64,000 bases of DNA from Octopus vulgaris (GCA_951406725.2 OX597820.1:10106001-10170000); one strand, 5' to 3'; positions 25,583-40,056 are shown, numbered from the stretch's first letter. Program-made: numbers and translations. The notes: generated by a model not told the origin, from the sequence alone.

Positions 25583-25623
25583 AAACACACACACACACAT
25601 ACAAACACACACACACACACATA

Positions 25624-25675
<52 letters not shown>

Positions 25676-25680
25676 TACAT
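24690..25680. repeat. ~1-kb compound TA/CA/TG/TATG microsatellite
   Basis: Direct reading; source of many spurious YI/HT/CV ORFs. Confidence 0.95.
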
Positions 25681-25967
25681 ATCTTATATAAATAGGAATA
25701 TAAGTGGATAGACATTTTCTTAAGAATTGTTCGTTAAAAATAGATTTCTTCTATTGTGTTTGTTACATGAGAGTCAGTGATCTAAAATGTGTGTAGGTTC
25801 GTAGTATACGTGTGTGTGTGTATGTGTGTGTATGTGTGTGTATGTGTGTGTGCGCCTGTGTGTATGTGTGTGTGTGTGTGTGTATGTGTAGTATAGAATT
25901 AGATCCTAACTGAAATTTTCATTATTAAATATTAAAGTATGAGCAATGAAATATCTTCAACAACGAA

Positions 25968-26132
25968 CAAGCGCAGCCATGACTATGCGCTCAAGAAGCC
26001 CGGTTCGCAACCATGTTGTTTCGGGTTCAATCCCATTACGCGGCAGGTTTGGTAAAATTTTATCTACTATGTTTCTCTGCCTTATGAGTGAATTTGGTAG
26101 ATGGAAACTGTGTGGAAGCCCGTTATGCATAT
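25968..26132 (+). mobile_element. SINE family B head, diverged
   Basis: caaccatgttgtttcgggttcaatccca...gagtgaatttggtagatggaaactgtgtggaagcccg. Confidence 0.65.
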
Positions 26133-26249
26133 AAACATACTTCTATTATAAGAATGGTGTTGAACGTGACTTTGACGTTTCGGACTACTTAACCGTCATC
26201 GAAGCAGTCTGAAATTTGGATTCACTGAAATCACTATTCTCATCTATTA

Positions 26250-26685
26250 TATTTTTACTACTTTCCATCATTAGACTACGGCTTCGGTTTGTAGAATTTG
26301 TAGAATTTTTAGTCGAATAAATCGAAACTAGTACTTATTTTTATAAAGCCTGTTGCTTATTCTTTTGGGTCATTTGCCGCTCTGCTATGTTACGGGGACG
26401 TAAACACACCAACACCGGTTGTCGTGCGGTGGTAGAGAACAAACACTGACACAAAATAACATGCACTCACATACGCATGCACGCACACACGCACCACACA
26501 CACATTCACACACACGTGCATGTATACGTCGGGTTTTTCGATTTCTGTCTCCCAAATCTACTCATAAGGTTTTGATGCGCCCGAAGTTATATGAAGACCC
26601 GACATACTTGCTTAAGGTGTCCCACACTGGGATGAACCCAGCACCATGTGGTTGGGAAGCAAACTTCTTACCACACACTGCCACA
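26250..26685 (-). mobile_element. SINE family B, diverged
   Basis: tagtcgaataaatcga...gttacggggacgtaaacacaccaacaccggttgtc...ccatgtggttgggaagcaaacttcttaccacac. Confidence 0.75.
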
Positions 26686-26691
26686 CACATA

Positions 26692-26849
<158 letters not shown>

Positions 26850-26880
26850 TATATATATGTATATATATATTTATATATAT

Positions 26881-27006
26881 AGGCATAATTAAATCTCAGA
26901 ATGAGATTGAAACTGTAATCGCTCGATAATGTAAAGTATAGAAGCCATCTTATCATGGCTAACCCCACCCCAATGGGGTTAGCCATGATAAGATGGCTTC
27001 TATACT
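26881..27006 (+). mobile_element. Fold-back element family F, second copy (54-bp tail + perfect 33-bp hairpin)
   Basis: agtatagaagccatcttatcatggctaacccca-ccccaa-tggggttagccatgataagatggcttctatact; embedded in (TA)n. Confidence 0.75.
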
Positions 27007-27085
27007 ATATATATATGGCGGTGCCCCAGCAAATGGCGGTGCCCCAGCATGGCCACAGCTCATGAGCTGAAACTAGAATCAATCA

Positions 27086-27132
<47 letters not shown>

Positions 27133-27757
27133 GTATGTGTGGCATTGTATGTGAATTTGTACCCCCATCACTTGCCAACCCTTGTTGGTTGAATTACGTC
27201 CCTGCAACTTAGCGATTCGACAATAGAAATCGATAGAATAAGTACCGGACTTCAATAGGTAATTATATACTGAGGTTATTTTGTTTGACTAAAACCCTTC
27301 AAGGCAGTGCCGCAGCATGGCTGCAGTGGAACGACTGAAGCAATTTAGAGATAGAAGATGAAAGATGAACTATATTAACTATGACCGGAAATGTCAGACA
27401 AACAATATATGTTTAAATAAAGGCGTTCAATCGTTATTCGTGCTTCCGTCACATTGCGGCGTCATCTGTCAAGAAAACGATGCAGAGAGTATTGTGTGAT
27501 ATTTATCAAAGACATTATTAAGCAGAACATCTCACTGGTCGTTAACATGAAAGAAGAGACACAGTTCAATAGAGAAAGCTCGTCATATAATACTCTAGAC
27601 AGCAACGTTAACAGCTATTAATGTAATAACGTCACTGATAATATCTCCGACATAAGGAAAACAGCCGCGTTCAAAAGCGTGTGAAACTAGTCATGGCTTC
27701 GTAATTGCTGACGTCATCTGGACTTGTGTGGCTTGTAAGGAAACAAAGTAAATATCC

Positions 27758-28415
27758 AGGCGTGGTTGTGTGGTAAGAAGCTTGCTTCCCAACCACATGG
27801 TTCCGGGTTCAGTCCCACTGTGTAGCACCTTGGGCAAATGTCTTTTACTATAGTGTTGGGCTGACCAAAGATTTGTGAGTGTGTGTGTGTGTGTGTCTGT
27901 GTGTGCGCTTGTGTGTGTATCTGTATCTGTGGCCTTTGTATCTGTGGCCTTTGTATCTGTGTGTGTTCTCCACAAGTGTTTGACAACCGGTGTTGGTGTG
28001 TTTACATCCCTGTAACCTAGCGGCTCGGCAAAAGAGACCGATGGAATAATTATCAGGCTTAAAATATATATTTCTTTACTACCCACAAGGGGCTAAACAC
28101 AGAGGGGACAAACAAGGACAGACAAACGGATTAAGTCGATTACATCGATCCCAGTGCGTAACTGGTACTTAATTTATCGACCCCGAAAGGATGAAAGGCA
28201 AAGTCGACCTCGACGGAATTTGAACTCAGAACGTAACGGCAGACGAAATACGGCCACGCATTTCGCCCGGCGTGCTAACGTTTCTGCCAGCTCGCCGCCT
28301 TCAGGCTTAAAATATAAATAAGTTCGGGGTCGATTCATTCGACTAAAAATTCTTCAAAGCGGTGCTCCAGCATGGCTGCAACCTAATGATGGAAACAAGT
28401 AAAAGATGAAAAAGA
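27758..28415 (+). mobile_element. SINE family B interrupted by a family A SINE
   Basis: B head 27758-27880, body to 28068, resumes 28301-28415. Confidence 0.8.
28069..28300 (-). mobile_element. SINE family A monomer nested in family B
   Basis: 16-bp TSD tcaggcttaaaatata at 28053-28068 and 28301-28316. Confidence 0.9.
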
Positions 28416-28438
28416 TAAATATGTGTGTGTGTGTACAT

Positions 28439-28931
28439 ATCCCCTCACCACTATCCACACAGCCCTTACCAGAGCAGGTCCCTCTGCTCTCTTTCTCCCC
28501 GCCCCTGCCCCGCCGTTGGCCGTCACCCATTTCCCCTCAACTACCACCCCTCCACTCCTCCAGCGCACCATTTTCCGAGCATTCCGGCAACTCCAGTCCG
28601 ATCCCTCCACCTTGCACATCTTCTCCAACCTACCCCTTCCCTCCTTCAAACGAGTTAGCAACCTGCGTGGCCTTCTGGTCCACAGTTTCTTCCCTAACCC
28701 CACCTACCAGCCTGGTTCGTTCCTCTGCTCCGGTCCACGCTGCGCACTTGCCCCTATCTCTCCAACACCACCATTTTCACAGGCATCCATCATCGTCCCT
28801 ATCATATTACCGACTCCTTTACGTGCACTTCTGGCAACGTCATTTACTGCATCTGCTCAATCTGCCCTTCTCTGTACATCAGTCAAACGGGACGCCGCGT
28901 GGCTGACCGGTGCGTGGAGCACCTCTGAGAC
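28439..28931 (+). pseudogene. Penelope-like element ORF remnant: linker + GIY-YIG endonuclease (Neptune-like)
   Basis: FRQLQSDPSTLHIFSNLPLPSFKRVSNLRGLLVHS...PGSFLCSGPRC, then after a frameshift DSFTCTSGNVIYCICSICPSLYISQTGRRVADRCVEHL* (VIY...YI[G]xTGR). Confidence 0.85.
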
Positions 28932-29496
28932 ACACACAAAGTACAGGTGACACACACACACACACACAAAAATAGCCCTACATTTAGCCAATGGCCTGGC
29001 GCTTGATCAACGTAGATGTCCGCAGTACTCCATATATAGAATATAGCCAAAAGTTCGTCTCCGATAATTTATCAACATATTAAAAAAGCAGCAAGACATC
29101 TATAAACTATGCGTGAAGGTCGATAAAGAATACAACTTTTAACAGGTTAATGAAACTCATATTCAGTGTTTCTGTCACAATTCATCTAAGAAGACATGCG
29201 ATTTTTCCCACTACTAGTCAAATCTTAATTATTTTTCGTGTTAAGGCAGCGAGTTAACTCAGAAAACATCTGGCCGTCTGCCAAATTTTGACAAAGTATT
29301 ATAATTATTATTATTATTATAATTATTATAATTATTATTATGATTATTATTATTATTATTATTATTATTATCATCATCATCATCATCATCATCCTTCTCC
29401 TCACTACTACTACTACTACTACTATGTGTGTGTACATGCATGCATACATACACACATACAAACATACATACATACATACATACATACATACATACA

Positions 29497-29529
<33 letters not shown>

Positions 29530-29573
29530 GCATGCATGGATGTACACACACATACACGCGCACAAACACTCAC

Positions 29574-29612
<39 letters not shown>

Positions 29613-29615
<3 letters not shown>

Positions 29616-30105
29616 CTGTGTGGTAAGAAGCTTGCTTCTTAACCACATGGTTCCGGGTTCAGTCCCACTGCGTGGGACTTCGGGTAAGTGCCTTCTACTA
29701 TAGCCTCGGGCCAACCAAAACCTTATGAAGGGATTTGATAGATGGAAACTGAAAGAAGCCCGTTGTATGTATATATAAATATGTGTGTATGTATGTATTT
29801 GTGAGTCTGAGTTTCGGTAATAGCGACTGCTAGAGGAACTACTAGGCTCACAAAGAATAAGTCGTGGGGTCAATTTCTTCGACTAAAGGCAGTGCTCCAG
29901 CATGGCCCCGGTCAAATGACCGAAACAAGTAAAAGGATAAAATAATAAAAGAATATGTATATATACGACGGGCTTCTTTCGGTTTACGTTCAAAGGTTTT
30001 TTTTTTATCGGGACGGGGGTGTAGTAGAAAACACATGACCAAAATGTCACGCATGGGAACTGAACCCGGCACCATGTGGCTGATAAGCAATTTTCTTATC
30101 AGGTA
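29613..30105. mobile_element. Two SINE family B pieces in opposite orientation (+29613-29950, -29965-30105)
   Basis: gtgtggtaagaagcttgc...gaaagaagcccg; then cgacgggcttctttcgg...gaacccggcaccatgtgg. Confidence 0.75.
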
Positions 30106-30507
30106 ACGATTTCTGCGCTTTTTTTTTTTTCATTGAAACTCATCCTAAGAAGAAAGAAGGCATAAAAGATACGGTTCTCGAACAAGACCGAAAAGTGAAG
30201 CGAAAATTATACACACAGCAAGTATATCTTGCTAGGCATTGCATTGTCTCGCGATTACCATCATCCGAAGAATGAAAAATGCAAATATAGAAAAAGAGAG
30301 AAAACAGAAAGAAGAGAAGCAAAAGTAAAAATGGCGGTTTGGTGCATTCAGCAGCTTTGATTTCAATCAACTCGATGCGCTGCTGAATACGATAGATTTA
30401 GACAATTATCTTGGCAGCTTCTGATTATATCAGATAATATCAGAGAAGAGACAAAGAAACCAACTGAAAAGGTCAACTGGGAACAATGGCAACACCGTGT
30501 CATTTCA

Positions 30508-31045
<538 letters not shown>

Positions 31046-31327
31046 TGAGTGAAATATTCGATCGACAAATCTGGCAGTGCGCTTGTCGATGGAGTCGACC
31101 AGCAGAAGATGTTGCGCAAAGCTGATGACTATAATGTAAGTCGCAGTACTGTAACAATGGTGGGTGGAGATGGGGTGCTGGTGGTGGTGGTGATGGTGTT
31201 GGTGGTGGTGGTGAGAGTAGATATAATATTGATGTTAGCGTTGACGCTGATTTTAGTGCTAACATTGTTGCCATATTGGCATTTCCACTCCATAATGTTG
31301 AACTTTCATGTTAGATCATACGATATA

Positions 31328-31387
<60 letters not shown>

Positions 31388-31413
31388 CATTCATACATAC
31401 ATACATAAGTGCG

Positions 31414-31455
<42 letters not shown>

Positions 31456-31468
31456 TATATATATATTT

Positions 31469-31685
31469 ATAATTTAGGGTTTCCAAGAGACACCAGCACG
31501 CTGGAAATAGCAGTCAAAACTTGACTCTAAACCCACATAGGGTCGAGTTTAGACTGCTATTTCCAGCGTGGTGGTGTCTCTTGGATACCCTAAATTATGA
31601 TTTTAAATAATTATTACCTTTGAAAGGTTTTTATTCCCATGCTGGCCACCTGATAAGATCAGTATTTAAATATCGATCTTATCCT

Positions 31686-31687
<2 letters not shown>
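31469..31687. mobile_element. Fold-back element family G (61-bp arms + ~90-bp tail) in (TA)n
   Basis: Arms 31469-31529 / 31538-31598 carrying gctggaaatagcagtc; (TA)n on both sides. Confidence 0.7.
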
Positions 31688-31739
<52 letters not shown>

Positions 31740-31791
31740 TGTATAAATGAATGTATTTGCGTATGTATGTCTATGTATGTATTTATCTATG

Positions 31792-31970
<179 letters not shown>

Positions 31971-32273
31971 ATATAATATGCGACAATTAGTCGGTTGCCA
32001 TAATAAAACTCAGAGTTTCAGATGTCGGGCCGGAAGTCTGCTCCGGAACCTCGTCAGTTATTAAGACAAACAAAAATGCTATGAAAACGACCGTTAAATA
32101 AAAGGAAATTACCCGAATAGGGAGAAAGTAAAATTACTCGAAGAATGTAAACTCACGCTCATAGAATCCTCGAATGCGCGCTGTTGTCATATTATTATTA
32201 TTATTATTAAAATAAATATAAATATAAATATAAATATATATATATATGCACAAAATACAAGTATATTTATATA

Positions 32274-32978
32274 CAGGTGTCCAGGGTAAATTTTACAGTT
32301 TGCTAAAAGGCAAAAGGAGCACAATATCTAATCCAAAAATAAAAGTATTTTGAAAAAAATACCAATAATATAAACTCTATTTTGGCAGAAAATTAACAGT
32401 TTGCTCAAAATAGACGCCCTCAGCTTCCACCACGGTCTCAAGACGGCTCTGGAACCGAGCGCATATGTTTCCCTCTGTGTCCTTGAGAAGATCTTCGCAA
32501 ATCTGCCCGATCTTGGTCACCTGCTCGGCCTCGGTGCTCCAGGCAGAGCGGTTGGTGTCTTTCTCAACCACATTCTACACACAGTAATCTATGGGATTAC
32601 AATCGGGGCAATTTTGGAGGCCAGAAATTGGGGCTGATTAAGTCGTACAAATTCTTCGACAGCCACCTCTGTCTCTTTCTTGAGGTTTGGCAAGGAGCTG
32701 AATCCTACTGCCTCTCATGACCACCCAGCAGCAACCCTTTTCAGCCAGAGATATACCACAGCCTCTAACAGCTTTACGTATCCGTCTGAATTGATCCTAA
32801 GGCCCTGTTCAGAGATATGGGGCGGAATACCGGCGAGTGAGCGCAATCAAAACGTCTGCTGTGTACTTTCCTTCTGGTCATGAGTTCGGAGACTTCGTTG
32901 CAGCTGTCCATGTCATGTCTTATAGCGTGTACAGTGTTTACAGAGCATTGAGCAGTAGTCATGATACTGGCATTTTAA
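32274..32978 (-). pseudogene. Tc1/mariner superfamily DD37D (maT-like) transposase remnant with right-hand TIR
   Basis: TA|caggtgtcc end at 32274. Minus strand: Q*DSAPC...PNFWPP..PDCNPIDY.V*NVVEKDTN...CARFQSRLETVVEAEGVYFE; N-terminal TTAQCSVNTV..IR...RKVHSRR.DC..SP.F. Confidence 0.75.
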
Positions 32979-33171
32979 TAACTGGCGCGTCCGGAGATAC
33001 AGATATGGTGCCTGTAGAGCGCCGCGTCTCGGGCGGCGTCCGGTGCGCTCTCGGCAGCCCTGGAAAATCCGGGTCCGTAACGATTCGCAGCTCTCGAGTC
33101 GGTTCGTACCCACCATCCACAGCAGATCTCCAAGGTGTACAGCCTCTCGTCTTTCTCCAATATTGAGACGG

Positions 33172-33219
<48 letters not shown>

Positions 33220-33220
<1 letters not shown>

Positions 33221-33345
33221 CTTTCTGTCTACCAAGACCACTCGCAAGGCTTTGGTAGGCCCAAGGCTATAGTAGAACGCAATTGACCAAGGTGACACCC
33301 AATACCATTTGGTTGGGAAGCAAACTTTTTACCACAGAGCCGCGC
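33220..33345 (-). mobile_element. SINE family B head
   Basis: ctgtctaccaa..ccactcgcaaggctttggtaggcccaaggctatagtagaa...ggttgggaagcaaac. Confidence 0.7.
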
Positions 33346-33931
33346 GCGCGTGTATGTGTAAACCTGATACTTCATTAGCGCTAATAAAAACAGTTAAGTA
33401 ATGAGATGTGGCATTAAGACTATTCTGAGTTTGGCGTTAACACTTTTCTGTGACGTTTGTAAGAATTACTAATTTAGTGCAACCGAGTCTGACAAATACG
33501 TTTCTAATATTTTAAAGGTTAAAAACTTCAAAAATATAAAATTCTTCCGTTGTCAAGGTAAAATTTTATTAAAATGGAAATACTTTGAGACTGAGAGGCA
33601 AAACCGGAACAATGAAATAAAGAAATATCAGAAAAGACACACAAGGAAAAATGAAGAAGAAAATGCCTGAAGTTAAAAGGAAAGAATAATGCGGAAGCGA
33701 ATTGGAAATGGTGACGAAGAGAAGAGAATTGAAGGAGAAGACAGAAACGAGAAGAAATTCAAAGGTGTCGGTTGGTGATATATTACAAAGTATCCACGAA
33801 TTGGGAATAAGTGGCGTTGGTGACTAAAGAATGAGGAATAATGTTCAAATGTTTGAGCGAGAAAATGTAAGATGGACTAATATTAAAATAGACATATAAG
33901 TTTGGTTGTAAAATTGTAATTATATAAAATG

Positions 33932-34196
<265 letters not shown>

Positions 34197-34600
34197 CAAA
34201 AGTTAGAGAGGCAGAATGGGGAAAATGGGAAGAAGAGAGTAAGAATAAATATAGAGAAAAGGGAAAGTGGAGAATTGTAGACGCCTGAAATAATAAAGAG
34301 TTGTACGTTTATCGAAAAGCTGAACAGGAATAAAAGGAAAACGAGACACAAAGGATGAAGACGAAGGGAAGGAAGAAGAGAAAAAGTGGGGATGAAGAAA
34401 ATAGAAAAGAGATGAATATTATTTGTATCAGGAAAGCAGTTGGTTAGTTATGTGATATAACAAAGTCAACAGAATTTTTTCCTGCAATTCTTATTAAAGA
34501 AATTCAATTTAACTAAGAATGTCTACAGAAAGTGGTTGCTAACGATGTCTTTGACAACACCTGGTTTACGGAGGTGCTCTGGTGCCATAACGAAAGTATT

Positions 34601-34836
34601 CCTTTCTTTTATTCTTTTATTTGTTTCAGTCATTTGACTGAGGCCATGCTGGAGCACCGCCTTTATGTCGAGCAAATCGACCCCAGGACTTATTCTTTCT
34701 AAGCCTAGTACTTATTCTAACGCTCTCTCTTGCCGAATCGCTAAGTGACGGGAACGTAAACACACCAGCATCGGTTGTCAATCGATGTTGGGGAGATAAG
34801 CACAGACAAACAAACTTACACACACACACACACACA

Positions 34837-34886
<50 letters not shown>

Positions 34887-35050
34887 CGACGGGCGTCTTT
34901 CAGTTTCCGTCTACTGAATCCACTCACAAGGCTTTAGTCGGCCCGAAACTATAGTAGAAGACACTTGCCCAAGATGCCACGTAGTGGGACTGAACCCGGA
35001 ACCATGTGGTTGGTAAGCAAGCTACTTACCACGCAGCCACTCCTGCGCCT
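34601..35050 (-). mobile_element. SINE family B, full length (tRNA head, CORE-like segment, internal microsatellite, (TAAAAGAA)-type tail)
   Basis: Sense strand: aggcgcaggagtggctgcgtggtaag (A box)...ccgggttcagtccc (B box)...cttgggcaagtgtcttctac... Confidence 0.9.
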
Positions 35051-35472
35051 ATATATATTTATGATGAATCAAAAAAATTCCACCAATAAGGGAACAATAT
35101 ATTTTAACTTTAAGTGAAATAAAATTTGGTAGCAGATATTTATTTCAAAGTATTAGAAACGTTAATATGAAGAACGTTCCAGAGATGGGCAAACTGCATT
35201 ACCAAAACACAAACTCAACTCATGAAAGCATTATCTAAATGTTTTTGAAAGTTCTTTCATAAGCTTTAAGCATTCTTTGTCTATTTAAAGTACTTCGTAG
35301 TTGTGTTGATTCATTATTTTTTCTCTTTGCTTACGTAAAAAATGTGTGCTGCTGTCTGGGAGATTCTTACGGTAGTAGATAAGGAATTTTTAACTCCTAT
35401 TTCTAAAATCGGTATGTGGTGAAGCAATTAGTTGACCCCTAATTATAATTATGTTTATAATTATAGAATATT

Positions 35473-35530
<58 letters not shown>

Positions 35531-35568
35531 GTAGGTGGCTTATTAGCAATTTAAAAAGCTAAAGGTTA

Positions 35569-35760
35569 ATTTCTAGACGTCACTACCGCGACAGAGGGTA
35601 TAAGGTAGTGCCAACAATGCTAGAAATAAGAGTCAAAACGACTCATTAGCCACAAAAGCAATAACTTAGTGAGTCGACAAGGACTTTGTTTCCTTTGTAA
35701 ACTTACTAAGATAATGCTTTTGTGACTAATGAGTCGTTTCTAGCTAGTGAGGTCTATAAA

Positions 35761-35761
<1 letters not shown>
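35569..35761. mobile_element. Fold-back element related to family G, between (TA)n arrays
   Basis: Outer arms atttctagacgtcacta / tagtgaggtctataaat; inner arms 35636-35683 / 35691-35739; gctagaaataagagtc at 35619-35634. Confidence 0.6.
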
Positions 35762-35840
<79 letters not shown>

Positions 35841-35994
35841 TTATAAGAGTGTAGAAAATATTTTTATACACAGAGAAGAGATCCTTGACAGGGCTCCTTG
35901 CATGCTAAAAAGGGCAGTTAAAACCCAAACCACGAAACAAAGAATTCATGAGGCATGCTGACATAACACTAGAACGAACAAATGAATTAGTTCA

Positions 35995-36212
35995 AGCGAT
36001 GGTGGGGTGAACAAACACTGACACACAAACATATACATATATATACATACATACGATGGGCTTCCTTTAGTTTCCGTCTATCAAATCCACTCACAAGGCT
36101 TTGGTCGGCCCGAGGCTATAGTAGAAGACACTTACCCTAGTTGCCACATTGTGGGACTGAACCTAGAACCATGTGGTTGGGAAGCAAGCTTCTTACCACA
36201 CAGCCATGCCTG
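35995..36212 (-). mobile_element. SINE family B 5' part
   Basis: caagcgatggtgggg...ttccgtctatcaaatccactcacaaggctttggtcggcccgagg...cagccatgcctgcgc. Confidence 0.85.
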
Positions 36213-36817
36213 CGCGCGCACGCACACACACACACACACACATATTTAGCGGAAGCAACAGAGTGACTCAAGGACCGACAGTTTCACATGTTGGAAAAGT
36301 CACGTCCCAAGAATCACTCAGTTAATTCTGAAAATTTATTAAAACGTGTGCGTGTGTGTGTGTATGTGTGTGTGTATATACGTATGCATATGTGTGTCTG
36401 TGTGTGTCTTAAATGGCGATTAATATGTTTACGCAATTTTATATTCGCCATCATTCTCATATGATTTATTATTCTTTTTCGACTTGGGTGCAGTTTCTTC
36501 TCTGCTAACGAGCAAAGCAGATTCAAAACCATTTCCAGCGCTCAGCGGAGCATATTGACAACGTGCAATGTCATAGGCCTTTAATTGACATCCCAATATG
36601 GCGTCTACTCGGTTCACATGACTCCTCTGAACTGAAGTTAAATCAGGCATTAAGCAGATTGCGAATCTATTTTGAATTTCTAAGGTCAGTGTTTGACAGA
36701 TGGTCAGAAATTTATAGCCACAAGTTCAACAGCTTGCAGAGAGAGAGGCATATTCTGCGATAATACCTACAATCGATAGATGATATATATATGTATATAT
36801 GTATATATGTATATATG

Positions 36818-36897
<80 letters not shown>

Positions 36898-37139
36898 CAT
36901 ACTTATACATACGTACATACATACATATATACATATATATATGTATACATGCATGTATATTTCTATATATATTTACATATATATACCTATACACATGCAT
37001 ACACACATACATGCATATACATTTGTATATTTATATACATATATATATATGTATATACATATATATATATATAGATAGATATATACATATACACACATGC
37101 ATACACATACATACATACATACATACATACATACATACA

Positions 37140-37175
<36 letters not shown>

Positions 37176-38150
37176 CGGATATATACATGCATACACTCAT
37201 ACAAACATGCATAAACGCATACATACGTACATGCATACATACATACAGATACATACGTCTATATATATAAGAACTGAGAATGTGTGTGTCTGTGTCTGTA
37301 TGTGGGCGTCACTAAAACTCGAGAACTATCCAACCGATTTCATTCAAAGTTTACATATGTATTACTTAGGATCCATGCAGTGTCATGGGCCACAAAAGGT
37401 TTCAACTTCTTGCCTAATGCGGGCCCTGAAAATCTCTTACAGTGGTTCGGTATTCCTTTCAAAAGTGAAACAATAATTACGCGTCAAAAGTGAAACATTG
37501 ACATCTATATTGTAATGATATAATACTTTTACTTTCCTTCTTTCACTTTTAATATTCTTTCACTTTTATATCGTTTCATATTGCACCAGTTGCAACGTTG
37601 CAATGTATTTGCAGTTACTCTTAAATTAACCTTTAATACATGTGTTTTGTCTTTCTGTCTGTCTGTCTGTCTGTAAGAACAACTGTCTATCTGTCTATTT
37701 GTTCCCAATGTACTCTACGTCACATTCTGTATATGCGTGTGTGTCTCTCTCAGTGTATGTGTCTCAGCTTATGAGTGTGCACATGTCTGTCAGTGTGTGT
37801 GTGTGTTCCGCCTTCCACGACAACGTCTCATTCTCTATATGCATGTCTGTGTGAGTGTATGAATCAGTGTGTGTGTGTGTGTTTTCGCCTTCGACGACAA
37901 CATCACATTTTGTATATGACTGACTATGTCTGTGTGAGTGTATGAATCGTCACGTTTTCTACATGAGTGTCTATGCCTGTGTAAGTGTATGAGTGTGTCT
38001 GAATCTCAGTGTGTGTCTCTCCGCTTTACATATGTTATTCAACTCTCACACACACATCTACCATTATATATACATATGTGACGACTGACACGCGTTAATG
38101 TACGCCCTTTCCCTATCCAATCCAAAGAAACGACGGTACTCATTTTGACA

Positions 38151-38392
38151 AAGGCAGCGAGCTGGCAGAAACGTTAGCACGTCGGATGAAATGCTTAGCG
38201 GTATTTTGTCTGCCGCTACATTCTGAGTTCAAATTCCACCGAGGTCGACTTTGCCTTTTATCCTTTCGGGGTCGATTAAATAAGTACCAGTTACGCACTG
38301 GGGTCGATATAATCGACTTAATCGACTTAATCCGTTTGTCTGTCCTTGTTTGTCCCCTCTGTGTTTAGCCCCCTGTGGGTAGTAAAGGAATA
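38151..38392 (+). mobile_element. SINE family A monomer nested in the Helitron
   Basis: TSD ggtactcatttYgaca at 38135-38150 and 38393-38408. Confidence 0.9.
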
Positions 38393-38409
38393 GGTACTCA
38401 TTTCGACAT

Positions 38410-39108
38410 TTTGACACTTGGCGATGGCAAGGTGCCTCTCGACGCTGCGGGAGAAATGGAAGTATGGCTATTTTCCATTATTTTTCATTCTGTTGATGAC
38501 CTCAAAGCCAAGGTGTTTTCCCAACTTGACAGAAAATTACAAAAACCACAATTGGCTGTGACAGAGCAATATTGCTCCTCCCCTCAAAACGTTGCTGTTA
38601 ATAAACTTAACGAACAGCTAATGCATTCTCTTCCTGGCAGTCTTCACACTTTCAAGTCTCTTGATACAATTCCAGATCAAAATGAATTGGTGAACTATCC
38701 TCCATAATTTCTCAATTCCTTGGAACATCCCGGACGACCTCCCCACATATTACAACTTAAAGTTGGAACTCCTGTAATGCTGCTCCGAGATCTGGAACCG
38801 CCACAACTTTGCAATGGGACACGACTGGTGGTAAAGAAAATGATGCCATATGTTATCGAGACTATCATTTTTTCTGAATGTAGAAGAGGTGATAGCGTTT
38901 GCAATTCCCCCTCCGTATCCGTTTTGTGATGTCAGTTAATGAATCCCAGGGTCAAACTCTGTTTGTGGCTGGCCTTTTCTTGGAAGAGTCCTATTTTTCG
39001 CACGGACAATTGTATGTTGGCTGTTCAAAGGTGGGAGGCAAGACAATCCTCTTTGCATACGCTCGACAAGGAAAAACAAGGAACATTGTTTACAACGAGG
39101 TGTTATAA
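38410..39108 (+). pseudogene. Helitron PIF1-family helicase C-terminal remnant (frameshifted)
   Basis: LTLGDG...[43 protein letters not shown]...[25 protein letters not shown]...FSHGQLYVGCSKVG...KTRNIVYNEVL* across three frames. Confidence 0.92.
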
Positions 39109-39374
39109 TTACAACAGCAACAACGTAGGTACGTGATCACCTTTTCTTTACCAAACTTGATGTACTTTTAGGTATGTCTCTATATACATATTAAGAAATT
39201 TATCTATAATAATTACTGTGGCATTTACCGTTAAATTACCAGTTCGTATATGTGCTTCTATTTCGTTATGACTGAAACAATTAAAAGAGTAAATAAAAAA
39301 AAAACATGCCATTCTAATCCCGAGGAACACAGGGTATCTTTGGTAGTATATGTATATATATATATATATATACA

Positions 39375-39472
<98 letters not shown>

Positions 39473-39702
39473 CATATACACACGCATGTACATACTGTGT
39501 GTGTGTCTGCGTGTTTCTGACGCGTTTGTTCCCCGATTTTATTTCGTTTAGAACCCGTAACTTAGAAGTTCTGCAAAGGGGTATCCGGCTTAAAAGAATA
39601 AGCACCGGAACACGGCCTTAAAGAATGCTACAGCATGACCGCAGTCCAACGATCCAGTCAAGTACAAGATAAAAGAAATGATAAAAAGTATCTATCTATC
39701 TG

Positions 39703-39778
<76 letters not shown>

Positions 39779-39964
39779 CCCACCTACCCACCTATCTGCC
39801 TGCCTGCCTACTTACCGACAGACCTACGTACGTACGTAACTACCTACCTAACTACCTACCAACCTACCTACCTTGCTACCTACCTATCTATGAATGTACG
39901 TGTGTATGTATGTATGTATGTATGTATGTATGTATGTATGTATGTATGTATGTATGTATTTATA

Positions 39965-40056
<92 letters not shown>

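Larger units (their letters stand above)
37258..39346 (+). mobile_element. Internally deleted Helitron
   Basis: 5' TCTATATATATAAGAACTG; 3' hairpin cccgaggaacacaggg (39319-39334), then GTAG|T; internal ~75-bp degenerate repeats (~37780-38000); helicase remnant; nested SINE. Confidence 0.75.

Noticed and set aside
30346-30388. miRNA-like hairpin attcagcagc...gctgctgaat
   Set aside because: Only a 10-bp stem, too short for a pre-miRNA, and no known mature sequence recognised.
31121-31146. CTGATGA followed by a small stem as a hammerhead
   Set aside because: The stem is followed by GCAG rather than GAAA, and no stem I/III is evident.
31979-32189. Solo LTR (TG...CA ends, AATAAA inside)
   Set aside because: No 4-6-bp TSD and no second copy or PBS/PPT; cannot be supported from this window.
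38375-39136. Host PIF1 helicase gene
   Set aside because: Frameshifted, intronless, partial and enclosed by Helitron termini.
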